A DNA stretch of 63,493 nucleotides, filler included, from Chlamydiia bacterium (GCA_903848235.1; 5 parts of 5 records of this genome joined end to end with filler, not necessarily neighbours in it), one strand, 5' to 3'; positions 20,101 to 30,329 are shown, counted from the first letter of the whole stretch. Notes: a model not told the origin generated them from the letters alone. A program made the numbers and translations.

Positions 20101-23100
20101 AAATGATTTTTATGCTACAGCCTAGACTAGCAAAGCTCATGGAAAATCAAGGAAAAGAATTATTCGCAAAACTAATTGCACACCCTCTTTTGATGACAGA
20201 ATGTCACACAACAGATCCGTTGAATGCGGTAGTGGCAAACTACCCTCACTATACGTTCGGTCCCTATACACTCAACCTTCTCGATAGCGTCTTGAGTGTC
20301 GAAGGCGACGAAATATTCCAGTCCCTTCCACTGCGTCTGAGAAATCACCCGGACTGGAGAGCTGTGTTCAGAACCAGAGACTTCACAGATGTAAGGAGAG
20401 TGAGCGGAAGGATATACACATGTAACAATGGGCGTTCTCGCGTTATAGACACCGAACAGGGAGCTCGAATTCAACAACAATTCGATGGAGAGTGGTTCGA
20501 GTACGTTCCCAGTGGTTACATCAAGAACGGCGAGGCAAGCTCCTTGCAATACTTTTTTGATACCACGTTTCAGTGGGTGAGCGTATCTTTAAAAACAATT
20601 CTTTTCATTGACAAAGAGACGCAAGCTATTACCTATAGAGGAACCATAGGAAATGGCAATCAGCTGCACGATGTGATCGACATCGGACCACGAGCATCGG
20701 GAGCCTCCTTGGTTCTATCCCCCCCTCTCGATCATCCGATTGTACAGCTGTGCTCTAGAATTGAAGTCCCTGCGTATCTTTGTATTTGGAAGACTGATCG
20801 CGCTTCCATCATTGTAAAAATGCCTCGCCTCGGCCTTGCTTTTGAGGTTAATAATGAAGTGTCGTCTGTAGCGCGGATGGTAAGTCCAAACGGCTACAGT
20901 ATTTCATCTCAGCAACAGATTGCTGGTGTAACTGGATTTGAAAATTTTCTTTTGATAGAAAATAAAAAAGGTGATCGGAAGGCCATTGTTCCATGTAGAA
21001 AATTAGACCTTGTCAAATCGCAGTCTAAAAATCCATTTCTTAGCGTGGCCGTTCTTGACCAAACAGTACTACCACATAGCGACGGCAAACAGTTTTACCT
21101 TATCGATGTCACACCAGAAAACCAACTCTCTACTCATAATCGTGAAGAGTCGTTTATGGTAGCCTACATCCTCTTCGGACAAAAAAAATACCGGGATGGA
21201 ATCTTGTTTTTGCGGCCATATTCTTGTCAGGACATATGTGCGCTCTCAAGTCGCGAGACTGAAATTTTAGAATGGATTTTTCAGATTTTTGTCCGAAAAG
21301 ATGGGAAAGCGGTTCAGAGCCTGCAAGCATGTGCGGCAATTTTGTGTGCAGTAGCCACTCTGGTCAAAAATGCTCGAATGTTTGGCGGATACACCGACGT
21401 AATCAAAAGCCTAGAAAGTCGCACAGTTGAACCAGATCCTGAGATAGATGGTGGTGATCCCGACGGCTGTCCTACGATTCTTGATTTCGTCGAGGAGACA
21501 TATTCGCGATATTTGTCAGCACCAGGTTCTTTTCATAGGTTTTTAATTCCAGAAGAGGAACTGGCGCTCATCGCCTTTCTCTCGAGCCGTCCTTGCTTTG
21601 AGCAGAGAATCAATGATCTCAAACAACGCGAGACGTTTGCCGAAGCGGTATCATTAGCCCCAACATTGGAATTAGAGACACCTGAATATCTCGATATAGA
21701 AAAAGAAAAATACTGTTCTCAAATAAGAGAACATCGCAATCCGTATGTATGTAAGCATTTTATCTTAAATTTTCTGTCGTACTATAAAAAAGCGAAGGAT
21801 GGGGACGAGTCTGTTCGCGAATTAGTACTCACAAGAAAGCCGGAAGGCAAGTTTCTCGCTAGAATTTTACTCAGTGTCTCAAAAAATCCAGGTATGTACC
21901 CAGACTATGCGGAGATGGTGAAACATCGTGACGAAATAGAATTTTTTGGACAGATGTTCAAAATCGGAAATGGCTCGCCCCACGAAAGCTCCGCTCTCTC
22001 ATATCGAGAGATACGTCCGTACATGACCTCTCGGGAACAGATCCTGGGCCTAACTCTGCGGCGACCAGCCGCCGAGGTTGACAGATGCCCACTGGTACCC
22101 CTTGATAAACTTCTAAAGCTCGTCTCTCTCGATACAATGACTGAAGGAAAAACTCTATCAAGCGCTGAGGTGTCACAGATCCAAGACTTCTTCAGCCCAG
22201 CACGTCTTTGGGCCGACGAAGAGCTCAAATCGGAGCTCATTCATGCGAAAGAGTTATCAGACGTCTACTATACTCTTTCAGAAGAGGATGTCATACCAGG
22301 ACTTGGCTTGCTCAGAGAACACCTGTTGGCAATGAAATACAAGGCAGAAGAAGAACGAGCTTCTTTTGAGGCAAAACTTCTCAAAAGGGCCAATAAAATG
22401 CCAAACGACATTCGGGGAATCCGTCATGCAGCAGCCGTTGCTGCCTTGACAGAGTCCACTATCACTGTTAGTGATCTGGTTGTATTCTTCCTTCAGCAAA
22501 GTCCATCGGTTTTACACAGAAAAAATTCAACTCTGCAGCTTTGTCAACTCAACAAATTGAATCAAAGTGTGTTTGAGTATCTTATGAAAGCAACAGCCGT
22601 GCAACGCATGGATAGGGCCCTAGACTTCATAGAAGACGTTGCCAAGGCTAAAAACCCATCTGAGCGTGAGCTTAAACTGAACGATCTTATCGCCGAGGTC
22701 ACTGCCACACGGAGCGCTGCACTCGAACAGAATTCTGCATATATAGTTTTTGAATATCTCTCTGGTTGCTCGCTTCGCCCATCACAGATAAAGACTATAG
22801 AGGCCATGAAGCACGGCGTAGACGGTGTTTTCCACCTTGCAACCGGAAGCGGCAAAACGAAAGTGATCTCCCCAATTGCAGCACTCCAACAAGCTGACGG
22901 GGAGCATCTTTCTATCATTTTATCGCCAGAAGCTCTTATCTGTACTGACGCTGCAAACATGCAGGCAACCCTTGGACAGATTTTCTCCCAATATGTTCGT
23001 GTTGTTCACATCAATCGAGCCTCTGATTTTAGCGAGGAGTCGATGAAAAGTCTGTACGAGGACTTACAGCAGATTATCGTAGAAAAAAAATGCTTGATGA

Positions 23101-25973
23101 TGACTGGGAAAAGCGCCTCCTGTTTGCTGCTAGAATTTACATCAGAGCTAATCAACTATCTTCAGAAACCCGAAATTGAGCCACTTCCGCACAATCTAGT
23201 GTGGATACAGCGTTGTCTATCCCTCTTAAAAAAATCTGGGATGGTTATCATTGATGAGATCGACCAGGCGCTCTTCTCTCGACACGAAGTAAATTTTCCT
23301 CTGGACAGAGGAGCGCAAGTGTCGCCAGAACGGCTTGACTGTGTAGAAGACGTATACTTCAGTCTTATTGAGGCCTTTGACTTTTCAAGAGGCGCCGTCT
23401 GTGATACTGCTAGGTATTTGGCCATAAGGGAAGAGATTGCGAAATCACTTTTAACCCGCCAAGTTCACCGTCTCGCCCCAATCAAAGAGTTTGTGGAAAA
23501 GCACGGGCTTGGCAATTGCATTCAATTCATTCTAGGCGCTGATATTCTTTGCGATCAAATAGAAGACGACACGGTCGGAAATCTCCTCTCTGTTATGAGA
23601 GGAGAGATAACATCCATCCTCCCACTTACCCTGGGAAAACAGATTGATACTGCCTATGGACGCTCTAAAACATCGCCTACAAAATTTCTAGCTATTCCCT
23701 ATTGTGCTAACAACACTCCCAGTGAGTCCTCTGATTTTGGTAATTTGTATGAACGGTTGAACTACACAATGCAGACATATCTCATACAAGGAATTCCGGA
23801 GGCATATGTTCGTTCGTTTGTTGAAAAAACATTAAATCAAATAGTAATCGATAAAAGGATGTCTCCTCAGGCAGATATAAAGTCATTTCCTAGCTATAAA
23901 ACATTGGCAGATGCCGTTGGTTACGAGTGTGATATTTTCGATCCGACTCTTGTGAAAGCAGTGTCGGATCACCTGAAACGAAACATTCCCGAAAGAATTC
24001 GATTTATTAGAAAACACTTTCTTCCGTTAGCCCTGATCTCAGAAAACAAGGTGTCTGTCACAGCGCCAGGGCTTGTGGAGATGTTCGGCCATGTGCAAGG
24101 GTTTACTGGAACCCCATGGAATATCAGCACATTCCCCGGTCGTCTTCAATCAAATTTCACAATGTCTCCAGGAACATATGGAGCAATACTATCTCTTCTT
24201 TGGAAAAAGGCTGACCCTGAAATTGCTGTCGTCGAGGACGGAGCACCAGATCATCTCGTCGAACAGCTGTGCAGAGAAATATCCGCGCTTCAATCCTGCA
24301 GGGCGTTTATTGATGTTGGCGCCATTCTTCATGGTGCTGATAACGCTGCGGTATCACAACAGATGCTTAACAGTCTGCCGGAAACTATTGAAGGGATCGC
24401 GTTCTTTAAAGATGACATTCTTGTCGTTCTCAACAGACGCGGCAACATCGAAGCTTTCAATGATTCAGACCTCGCCGATAGACCTGACCAACGACTTACA
24501 TATTTTGATCAACGTCATGCCACCGGTGCTGATGTTAAGCAGTCGGCAACTGGTACAGCACTGGTTTCCTTTTCCGAAGACATACCGATACGAGATATCT
24601 TCCAAGGTATTGGCAGGATGAGAGAGCTCTCCAAAAATCAAAATGTGAAGTTTGTCGTACGTACATCAACAGCTTTGGTTCTCACACGTGATGGAGGGAA
24701 GCTCTGTAAGCAGGCGTTGTTATATAAGGCGGCCACGGTACAGGCTCAACTCATCGATGCTCATCGCCTTGTAGCCACTGCACAAAAAAGAGATGAGGTA
24801 TTAAAACAGGCTGTGCTAGAGGAACTGTTGTCGCACGAAACGCTGACAGCAGATTCTGTGCATGCCGTTGGCGCCAAGGTGCAAAAGATTCTTGTCGCAC
24901 CAACTGGCGACTGTCCGTATGAATCGTTCGGCAGGAAACAGAAGGTTCTGGGCCGAGATGAATTTTTACATCTCAAGACTTATGAAAGAGATGAGGCTAT
25001 GCGCACGCTATGGCCTGAAGGCTATCAAATGATGCTTGCTCTTATTGAGCAGACTGTCAAAGCATGTCCTGTGCAAGAATCAGAAATCATCGTATCGGTA
25101 GCTCCACAGGGGTTGGAAGTAGAAACGGAGAGAGAGACGGAGATCGTCTCTCAGACCGAACATGGCTATATTGGTACTTTTTTTGCTGTCCGTATTAGCA
25201 ATGATGCACCACCAGAACAACATTTTGTGTGTGCCCTATCCCCTTGTAACGATTCCGATCAAAGCAACGACAGCAGCCCTTGTGAAAGTCTTGAAGAAGG
25301 TGTCGAGGGAAGAGATGAAGCATGTCCGAGTCCAAAATCTGATGACTGTTCTAGCCCCGGTTCTTATGGCAGTCATAGTCCGGATTCTGCAGAACGCACC
25401 GACGCAGGCGTTTGCGATACATCGATTAAGCCTGAATGTTTCGCAGTGTCGTCGATATTGAGGAACCACAATTCTCCATATAAAGATTTATTTGACGAAC
25501 GACTCCTCATCTCGGAATCAATTTGTGGCTGGGGTGATGAACGTAAGCTTTTTTCTCTTGAACAGCCACCGATTAGTTTCATTCTCGGCATTAGAGATAG
25601 AGACGGGATCATGAAGATACGGCTGCTGCGAGCCGGAGAATTTTTCATGTTTGAAACGCAAAAATTTCCAAAGTGGAGATCGAGCGCTACCGTACCGGTC
25701 GTCCTTGCCCATTTGTCAGCACTTGGCTGTCTTGATAAAGCGGGCCCAGGAGCTTCTGAACTTGTCAACGACCCCGTTTATCAAGCGCTTCGCACTCAAG
25801 CTCGCTTTTTTAACGGTGAGATGGAGTACTCTGATGAGGAGATGGAATATCTGAGAAGCTGGATTGGAAATCGCAAGGATGAGTTTAGATCATTATTTTT
25901 GAACGAAATCCTCCGTTATCACCCAGATAAAAAAATTTGGTTTTCCGGGAGCATTCTTTCTCGAATTTTGTAG
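17148..25973 (+). CDS. Giant 2941-aa protein: N-terminal cysteine-protease-like domain plus DUF3638-type SF2/SecA-like ATPase
   Basis: GHAIY...HNSGDG...QISGTC; LRPSQ, ATGSGKT, IIDEID, GFTGTP, DQRHATGADV, QGIGRMR and ETERETE. Confidence 0.8.
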   Translation: MSTARTSAEGAALALSPQSFQNEPVLQEPCDSLQHVCSPASSGVSGIRPIDIYAEALQKKMLSSQLDISEFICHHSLLAEKAVPPLDRRALAHVLLDSEVRGTHLEGWSQKKACLLISEILKAYSSSVRSDQQDELSKLAALFADAINTEDFIKTSTNSELSKEDVALFTEVLASRIDSNKPMLIAGGWCGTPTGHAIYMEIQPNKPGLFSVIVHNSGDGLEKYHPRITESGSRLFLPFLKKQDVSRESLLGYGFIRGLLTIKNVDVESTDEGDKKVDYTAKDFYDGLLQTLDGTFEKPEPEQLLGQLRKLCISDQISGTCTFSGLMAMAHTSLSEKNFSTLKYMIGWKSIVGFYQFNEADLKASEESRELLSRSVRIFIQQSLIDNDTGLLDDSSLMSAYATGQDILNHLQQFSDNRSAPAKSFTDLGTATLPSTSLPIELRSPAGGPENVSAIIPTSTLLRFDPLNVPEPINFLKYLRGLNANVSNWFFCNPFYARFFFEEFIEKLDFPHAADDYWSQIPAADIEECITIIAKLTEKYVWASRRHGIRGTEEEDVILEFDVNKATAIVRKLLLRTDPKLEGKVPACDWSPNETFLRSAPLSYRESSKLLEQPDDDSLNDELSPFYRYAKDDTSGSYFSCISEYVEQHPEIQARLAREGVEPDKMSKVCYCDADGSILPRSLVSWHRLSVLGDLIDKELSFDSFARKDVAPHHIRTLHFNSPCDTPLPLISIYDAKTDTFSPVSAEHLTIQATITDYPDAPFLAAARKLTEPGQAEQEVVRCMMERQVPQPQQVISNLEMTEFLHAICGDQAYVDPVSEKGLPQRIIRLLAYVHASSTSLKQPVFQDLILSIVQQEIEGAICIPDLEGHIEQVADACLKLKHVHACCVARLFAVFAALAQTIEKPENVLDASNIVPDKFFETLLALCSNPEEASLVHRTWLACFATLYDSTMIPDDILPTILMSKMILAQRPAPKSFLDRRVEKMIFMLQPRLAKLMENQGKELFAKLIAHPLLMTECHTTDPLNAVVANYPHYTFGPYTLNLLDSVLSVEGDEIFQSLPLRLRNHPDWRAVFRTRDFTDVRRVSGRIYTCNNGRSRVIDTEQGARIQQQFDGEWFEYVPSGYIKNGEASSLQYFFDTTFQWVSVSLKTILFIDKETQAITYRGTIGNGNQLHDVIDIGPRASGASLVLSPPLDHPIVQLCSRIEVPAYLCIWKTDRASIIVKMPRLGLAFEVNNEVSSVARMVSPNGYSISSQQQIAGVTGFENFLLIENKKGDRKAIVPCRKLDLVKSQSKNPFLSVAVLDQTVLPHSDGKQFYLIDVTPENQLSTHNREESFMVAYILFGQKKYRDGILFLRPYSCQDICALSSRETEILEWIFQIFVRKDGKAVQSLQACAAILCAVATLVKNARMFGGYTDVIKSLESRTVEPDPEIDGGDPDGCPTILDFVEETYSRYLSAPGSFHRFLIPEEELALIAFLSSRPCFEQRINDLKQRETFAEAVSLAPTLELETPEYLDIEKEKYCSQIREHRNPYVCKHFILNFLSYYKKAKDGDESVRELVLTRKPEGKFLARILLSVSKNPGMYPDYAEMVKHRDEIEFFGQMFKIGNGSPHESSALSYREIRPYMTSREQILGLTLRRPAAEVDRCPLVPLDKLLKLVSLDTMTEGKTLSSAEVSQIQDFFSPARLWADEELKSELIHAKELSDVYYTLSEEDVIPGLGLLREHLLAMKYKAEEERASFEAKLLKRANKMPNDIRGIRHAAAVAALTESTITVSDLVVFFLQQSPSVLHRKNSTLQLCQLNKLNQSVFEYLMKATAVQRMDRALDFIEDVAKAKNPSERELKLNDLIAEVTATRSAALEQNSAYIVFEYLSGCSLRPSQIKTIEAMKHGVDGVFHLATGSGKTKVISPIAALQQADGEHLSIILSPEALICTDAANMQATLGQIFSQYVRVVHINRASDFSEESMKSLYEDLQQIIVEKKCLMMTGKSASCLLLEFTSELINYLQKPEIEPLPHNLVWIQRCLSLLKKSGMVIIDEIDQALFSRHEVNFPLDRGAQVSPERLDCVEDVYFSLIEAFDFSRGAVCDTARYLAIREEIAKSLLTRQVHRLAPIKEFVEKHGLGNCIQFILGADILCDQIEDDTVGNLLSVMRGEITSILPLTLGKQIDTAYGRSKTSPTKFLAIPYCANNTPSESSDFGNLYERLNYTMQTYLIQGIPEAYVRSFVEKTLNQIVIDKRMSPQADIKSFPSYKTLADAVGYECDIFDPTLVKAVSDHLKRNIPERIRFIRKHFLPLALISENKVSVTAPGLVEMFGHVQGFTGTPWNISTFPGRLQSNFTMSPGTYGAILSLLWKKADPEIAVVEDGAPDHLVEQLCREISALQSCRAFIDVGAILHGADNAAVSQQMLNSLPETIEGIAFFKDDILVVLNRRGNIEAFNDSDLADRPDQRLTYFDQRHATGADVKQSATGTALVSFSEDIPIRDIFQGIGRMRELSKNQNVKFVVRTSTALVLTRDGGKLCKQALLYKAATVQAQLIDAHRLVATAQKRDEVLKQAVLEELLSHETLTADSVHAVGAKVQKILVAPTGDCPYESFGRKQKVLGRDEFLHLKTYERDEAMRTLWPEGYQMMLALIEQTVKACPVQESEIIVSVAPQGLEVETERETEIVSQTEHGYIGTFFAVRISNDAPPEQHFVCALSPCNDSDQSNDSSPCESLEEGVEGRDEACPSPKSDDCSSPGSYGSHSPDSAERTDAGVCDTSIKPECFAVSSILRNHNSPYKDLFDERLLISESICGWGDERKLFSLEQPPISFILGIRDRDGIMKIRLLRAGEFFMFETQKFPKWRSSATVPVVLAHLSALGCLDKAGPGASELVNDPVYQALRTQARFFNGEMEYSDEEMEYLRSWIGNRKDEFRSLFLNEILRYHPDKKIWFSGSILSRIL

Positions 25974-25989
25974 TCTTTTACACTGGACG

Positions 25990-26949
25990 TTAGGAGCTAT
26001 GAGGCGTGCACACCAGCAATCGCTCGCTGCCAAGCCCGCTGATCAAAAATCGCTCTTTTTGATTGCTCAAAAGCTGCTGCGTCCAATCCGTGCACCCACC
26101 ATCGACTAAACACAATTCCTCCCCTGCCTCGTCCTTGGCAAAAATGTGATAGCACACAGTGCAGTAATAGCCACGTCCTGAGGTCCGATTCTGATCAAAT
26201 TGAATGCGAAGGGATGGATAAGCAACGGCCAATCGCTCAACCACCTTTTCCTGTAAAACAGGGAGTCGGCTCTCGTCTATTGCAGTAACGTGCACGGCCA
26301 AATCCAGGACTTTGATTCCAAGCGATTGTGAACGGGTCAATACCTCGACAAAATATGAAATATGTTCGTACAAAGAATCAGTTTCGAAAGTACATGACCC
26401 TTCATCACGGCCTGCTGTCGCCAGAGCAAATATCCGAAAATGTGGAAAACAGCTATCCCCCTTAAATTTTTGGCCACGAACAACTCGATGACTGCAGGCT
26501 AGTTTTACATTGCGCAGCCCTTTTGCATCCTTCAGACGCTGTTTCCGAGCCGCTGCTTCAAGAGCAAGAACATTGGTCGGATCTGAGCACACTTCGATAT
26601 TTCGAATCGTTGAGATAGCGTTGTTTTGGTCCACCGTAGCAATGACCGAATTAGAGCCCAACGGAGCCAACGGAGAGAGTTCGATCATTTCAAAGTCGTG
26701 AGGCAGCAAAGAGCATGCAAGGAGATCGAATTGCAACGACGTGCATACGTTTGCTTTTGCCGGTTGCACAAAGCCATTGTGCATATACTGCTGCAATAAT
26801 GCCTTGGGTGTAATTTTCTTTGTCTTCTTTCGATACACATCAAGCAACAGCGACGTCAAATCCGGGAAGCTGCATCTATCTACCAAATTTTCAACGACAT
26901 GATGGCACTGCAACTCTTCCTCGATCCGCCGAACAATCTTTTCTAACAT
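25990..26949 (-). CDS. Uncharacterised class II aminoacyl-tRNA synthetase-like catalytic-domain protein
   Basis: HRVVRGQ...PHFRIF (motif 2-like), GRGYY, DGGCTDW and SGLGSERL (motif 3-like); no anticodon domain. Confidence 0.6.
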   Translation of the reverse strand: MLEKIVRRIEEELQCHHVVENLVDRCSFPDLTSLLLDVYRKKTKKITPKALLQQYMHNGFVQPAKANVCTSLQFDLLACSLLPHDFEMIELSPLAPLGSNSVIATVDQNNAISTIRNIEVCSDPTNVLALEAAARKQRLKDAKGLRNVKLACSHRVVRGQKFKGDSCFPHFRIFALATAGRDEGSCTFETDSLYEHISYFVEVLTRSQSLGIKVLDLAVHVTAIDESRLPVLQEKVVERLAVAYPSLRIQFDQNRTSGRGYYCTVCYHIFAKDEAGEELCLVDGGCTDWTQQLLSNQKERFLISGLGSERLLVCTPHSS

Positions 26950-27791
26950 ACCAACTCACTTTCATTAAACCAGGGAGCATAATACCGATCTGTAATACGA
27001 AACCCTAAGCTAAGATAGCAGTTTATGGCCGCACTATTTTCTTTTTCTGTAAAGATAATTGCCTGCTTCCCGCCTTGCTCACGCATAGAGCAAATTAGAT
27101 ATGAACATACTGCTTTTGCACATCCCCTGCGCCGATATGCGGGATCGGTGGCGACTCCCAAAATCTGAAATGCTTGGAAGGCAAGTCCATTGGTGGAGGC
27201 AACAGCGACAATATTCCCATCGACTTCCAGACAGCCCGTATTCGGACTAGCCCGCACCCTTATCTTCTCTTCCTCTGTCAGCGGAGCCTCCATAGGAGCC
27301 TGGTGAAGAAGACGTAGCAACCTAGCCACCGCGTCTACATCGTTTTCTGTCATTCGACGAACAACCCCATTCGATGGTATGAATGGGACAAAGTCTTCCG
27401 TTGTCAGCTCGAAAAAAAGAACCTCTGGATCACGTATTGACTGCCTTCCTGCGGCTATAAATTCATCATAGGCAGGCTTGACGATATCCGCCATTCCGAG
27501 CGTTGTTCTAACCGAGGGATGATTCTTCAACATGATATGCGCCAAGGCCTGTGTAGCGCTGTGATCCTCTGAAAAGATCGAGCATGATTGAAAAGGAGCG
27601 TAGTACCCGCATACCGCCACTATTTTTCCATTTTTCCGAGCAACGTACAGAGCCGATGCATCGTAATGATTTAAGATATTGCCGAGAAGAAAGAGGGCTT
27701 TTGTCTCGTGCGGCTTCAGGTAGTCAATCAGTTCCGAGCGGAACTGTTCATCTGCAACATCTTCTTCAATAATTTTTATGTCTGTTGTCAC
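26943..27791 (-). CDS. GNAT acetyltransferase (two-domain, FR47-like C-terminus)
   Basis: GVATDPAYRRRGCAK and NSAAINCYLSLGF; likely GTG start at 27791. Confidence 0.85.
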   Translation of the reverse strand: MTTDIKIIEEDVADEQFRSELIDYLKPHETKALFLLGNILNHYDASALYVARKNGKIVAVCGYYAPFQSCSIFSEDHSATQALAHIMLKNHPSVRTTLGMADIVKPAYDEFIAAGRQSIRDPEVLFFELTTEDFVPFIPSNGVVRRMTENDVDAVARLLRLLHQAPMEAPLTEEEKIRVRASPNTGCLEVDGNIVAVASTNGLAFQAFQILGVATDPAYRRRGCAKAVCSYLICSMREQGGKQAIIFTEKENSAAINCYLSLGFRITDRYYAPWFNESELVC

Positions 27792-27813
27792 TTGGCTGCC
27801 TAGATATATATGC

Positions 27814-28767
27814 TTAGAGCCATTTGTTTTTCTTACAATACAGGTAGGGAACGATGCCAGAGGTAATAATAATAGCCAAGGCAACGGGATATCCGAAGGA
27901 CCATGACAGTTCCGGCATAACGCTAAAATTCATTCCCCACAGGCTGGCAAAAAGCGTCGGTGGAAGTAAGATAACAGAGACAACGGACAGAATCTTGATG
28001 ATGTCATTTTGGCGGATGTTGACAAAGCCAAGAATGGCATTGAGCAAGAAGGAGATTCTGTTTGATGCGAATGCTACATGATCAGTCAGTGCCAGAATAT
28101 CTTTCTCTATAGTGGCAAGCTCATTTTGGCCCCATGTGCCAATCATGGCAGCCCTTTCTTTCGACACAAAACCGACTAATCGACCTAATCCGACTAAACT
28201 TTCACGTAAGAATAAGACGCTTTCACCACATACCCCGATTCGGGTCATCGAATGGGAAACAACGCCTTGTGGGATGTTTAACGACGAATCGTGACGATGG
28301 AAAATCTCCTTAGAAAGAATATCGATTTCATCAAGCAATCGTTCCAAAAGATCAGCGATATCATCAACAATGACGCCCAGTGACAGGAGGAAAAGCTGAG
28401 CCTCTACAGGAACTGTATCCCCTATCTTTCGGACTCGCTGGTGGGCAGCATCGCGGAGTGAAAAATCCTTGTCACGAAGTGTGAGAAGGCTGCTGTGACT
28501 CAAGATAAAGGTGATAAACTCAAGTCTCACATGGAAATGGCCATCAACAATTGGAACTGTTGCTGTCATAAACAAGGAATCGTTTTCTTCGTACAGGCGA
28601 CTTGAAACTTCAATCTCCTGTACTTTTGCCGGTGTAGGAATTTTGATGCCAAACAGCTTTTCAGCCGTAAGCTTTTCCTCGTCTGAGGGATTGACCAGGT
28701 CAATCCAGACAGCATCTGGGATACACCCTTCAACCCATTCGTAAGCCCGTGTAAAACTTCTTAGCAT
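27814..28767 (-). CDS. corA: CorA Mg2+/Co2+ transporter
   Basis: WIDLVNP, PPTLFASLWGMNF and MPEL; ATG at 28767 follows GGAG. Confidence 0.93.
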   Translation of the reverse strand: MLRSFTRAYEWVEGCIPDAVWIDLVNPSDEEKLTAEKLFGIKIPTPAKVQEIEVSSRLYEENDSLFMTATVPIVDGHFHVRLEFITFILSHSSLLTLRDKDFSLRDAAHQRVRKIGDTVPVEAQLFLLSLGVIVDDIADLLERLLDEIDILSKEIFHRHDSSLNIPQGVVSHSMTRIGVCGESVLFLRESLVGLGRLVGFVSKERAAMIGTWGQNELATIEKDILALTDHVAFASNRISFLLNAILGFVNIRQNDIIKILSVVSVILLPPTLFASLWGMNFSVMPELSWSFGYPVALAIIITSGIVPYLYCKKNKWL

Positions 28768-28814
28768 TCTTTGTTTCTCCGACAGATCGCTGCTCAATCA
28801 CTATTGTATTTTTT

Positions 28815-29816
28815 TTAGGGCTTTTTACCTATGGTGAGCTGTGCTGTCCGAAAAAAAAATTGCACGGCATCATCGCAAAGTCTTTTCTCCACTACAGGGG
28901 AATCTAACCCCCAAAATGTGGCGAGCTGTGGTATTTTCTTTACGTGACTGAACGCATTAATAAAAATATCTTTTGCTCTTTTTGCATCAGTACCCGATTT
29001 GACTTTCGCCGCATCGCAGTTTTTTTGAAGTACGTTAAACAGCCGGCCCATCGGGTCAGAATCAGTTACCCTTCCACCCTTTTTCATCTCAAGTATGGTG
29101 AGAAAAATGTTTTTGCTGAGATCAACGCCAGGAGACACTAAGAGAGTCCAGCCGGCTGGTGGTGTTGCTTCGCCTCCTGGGTAAAAGAACTCTAGTGCAT
29201 CATCCAAAATCATTTGACGATGTTGGGGGTCGTCTAGATCCCACAGAGATAAGTTCTTGAGCTCATCGTCTTTCTGGTCGAGCCTCCAATTCCCCAAAAA
29301 TTGGGTTGCCAAAAGTCTAAAATGAAATCTTGCTAGCGAGGCATTACCTGGTGCTGCTGCATCTGCTTGAAGCCGTAATTCTTGAAGCTTTTGTCTGAGT
29401 AAGTTGTACCGAGTTGAAAGTGACGATCCTTCCAAAAAGGTAAAGATGTTTTGCGAGTTTTTCCATTTGGTATCTTGCAAGAGCTGCCAGGCCGGAGCTT
29501 TTGGCATCATTTCTTTGAACGTGGAATACACTTTTTCGCCCGCTACAGCAAGAATTCGAGAGTATTTTCGCCCGATCTTTTCGAGGTCGGCATCCGGAAC
29601 AGCGAAATCTTTTTTCATGTTCTCTAGCAAAGCAGAAGCTCTGGTCCCCCCTTTTTTCCAAACAGGAGGTGTGTTCCAAAAGTAACTCAGTTTACAACGA
29701 AACCATTCAAGACCAGATAGAGAGCTCTTTGTCTCCACACTTTCTGTGAAAGCAATACGAATTCTGGTAGAAACTTGCTCTGGAGTCAATGGCGAAACGG
29801 ATGAACTCTGTGCCAT
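28815..29816 (-). CDS. Hypothetical protein with an internal duplication; effector candidate
   Basis: AAGGTGAG RBS, Ser-rich N-terminus, two similar ~110-aa segments. Confidence 0.7.
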   Translation of the reverse strand: MAQSSSVSPLTPEQVSTRIRIAFTESVETKSSLSGLEWFRCKLSYFWNTPPVWKKGGTRASALLENMKKDFAVPDADLEKIGRKYSRILAVAGEKVYSTFKEMMPKAPAWQLLQDTKWKNSQNIFTFLEGSSLSTRYNLLRQKLQELRLQADAAAPGNASLARFHFRLLATQFLGNWRLDQKDDELKNLSLWDLDDPQHRQMILDDALEFFYPGGEATPPAGWTLLVSPGVDLSKNIFLTILEMKKGGRVTDSDPMGRLFNVLQKNCDAAKVKSGTDAKRAKDIFINAFSHVKKIPQLATFWGLDSPVVEKRLCDDAVQFFFRTAQLTIGKKP

Positions 29817-30329
29817 AAATACTCACCTTTTGAGAAAACGAACTTCATTTAAAAAAAACACCGTCAATGACTGACGATTTTCGGCCGCCTACCAAGTAGG
29901 TACTACAACCGAAATTGCTGGGTTTTGCAGAGATGTAATCCAGCTAGTTTTGCGCCCACAATGACGGACATAGAAGCTCTTCTCGGCACATAAACTGACA
30001 GGAGCATTCGTTGCAAAAAAAAACGTTGGATGCAGAGTTTGTCACCCCACCCACATACCATCCAGGAGCTTGATCTAGCTTTATCATAGTTTATGATATT
30101 TAACACCCTTATTTTGAAAACTTACCATGACAAAAGGTTCAAAGGCGGACAAAACGAAATGAAGGGACTGACTATTGCTGTCCGATTCACATCACCTGAC
30201 GTCAAACCTGGGAAGAATTACGCAACTCAGAACGGCCCTCAGAAGAGAGTACGGGTGAGACAGCAGGATCTGATACATAATTCACATCATTCAGATGCCC
30301 CGACGAAGGAAGGGCATCTGAACTGTTAC

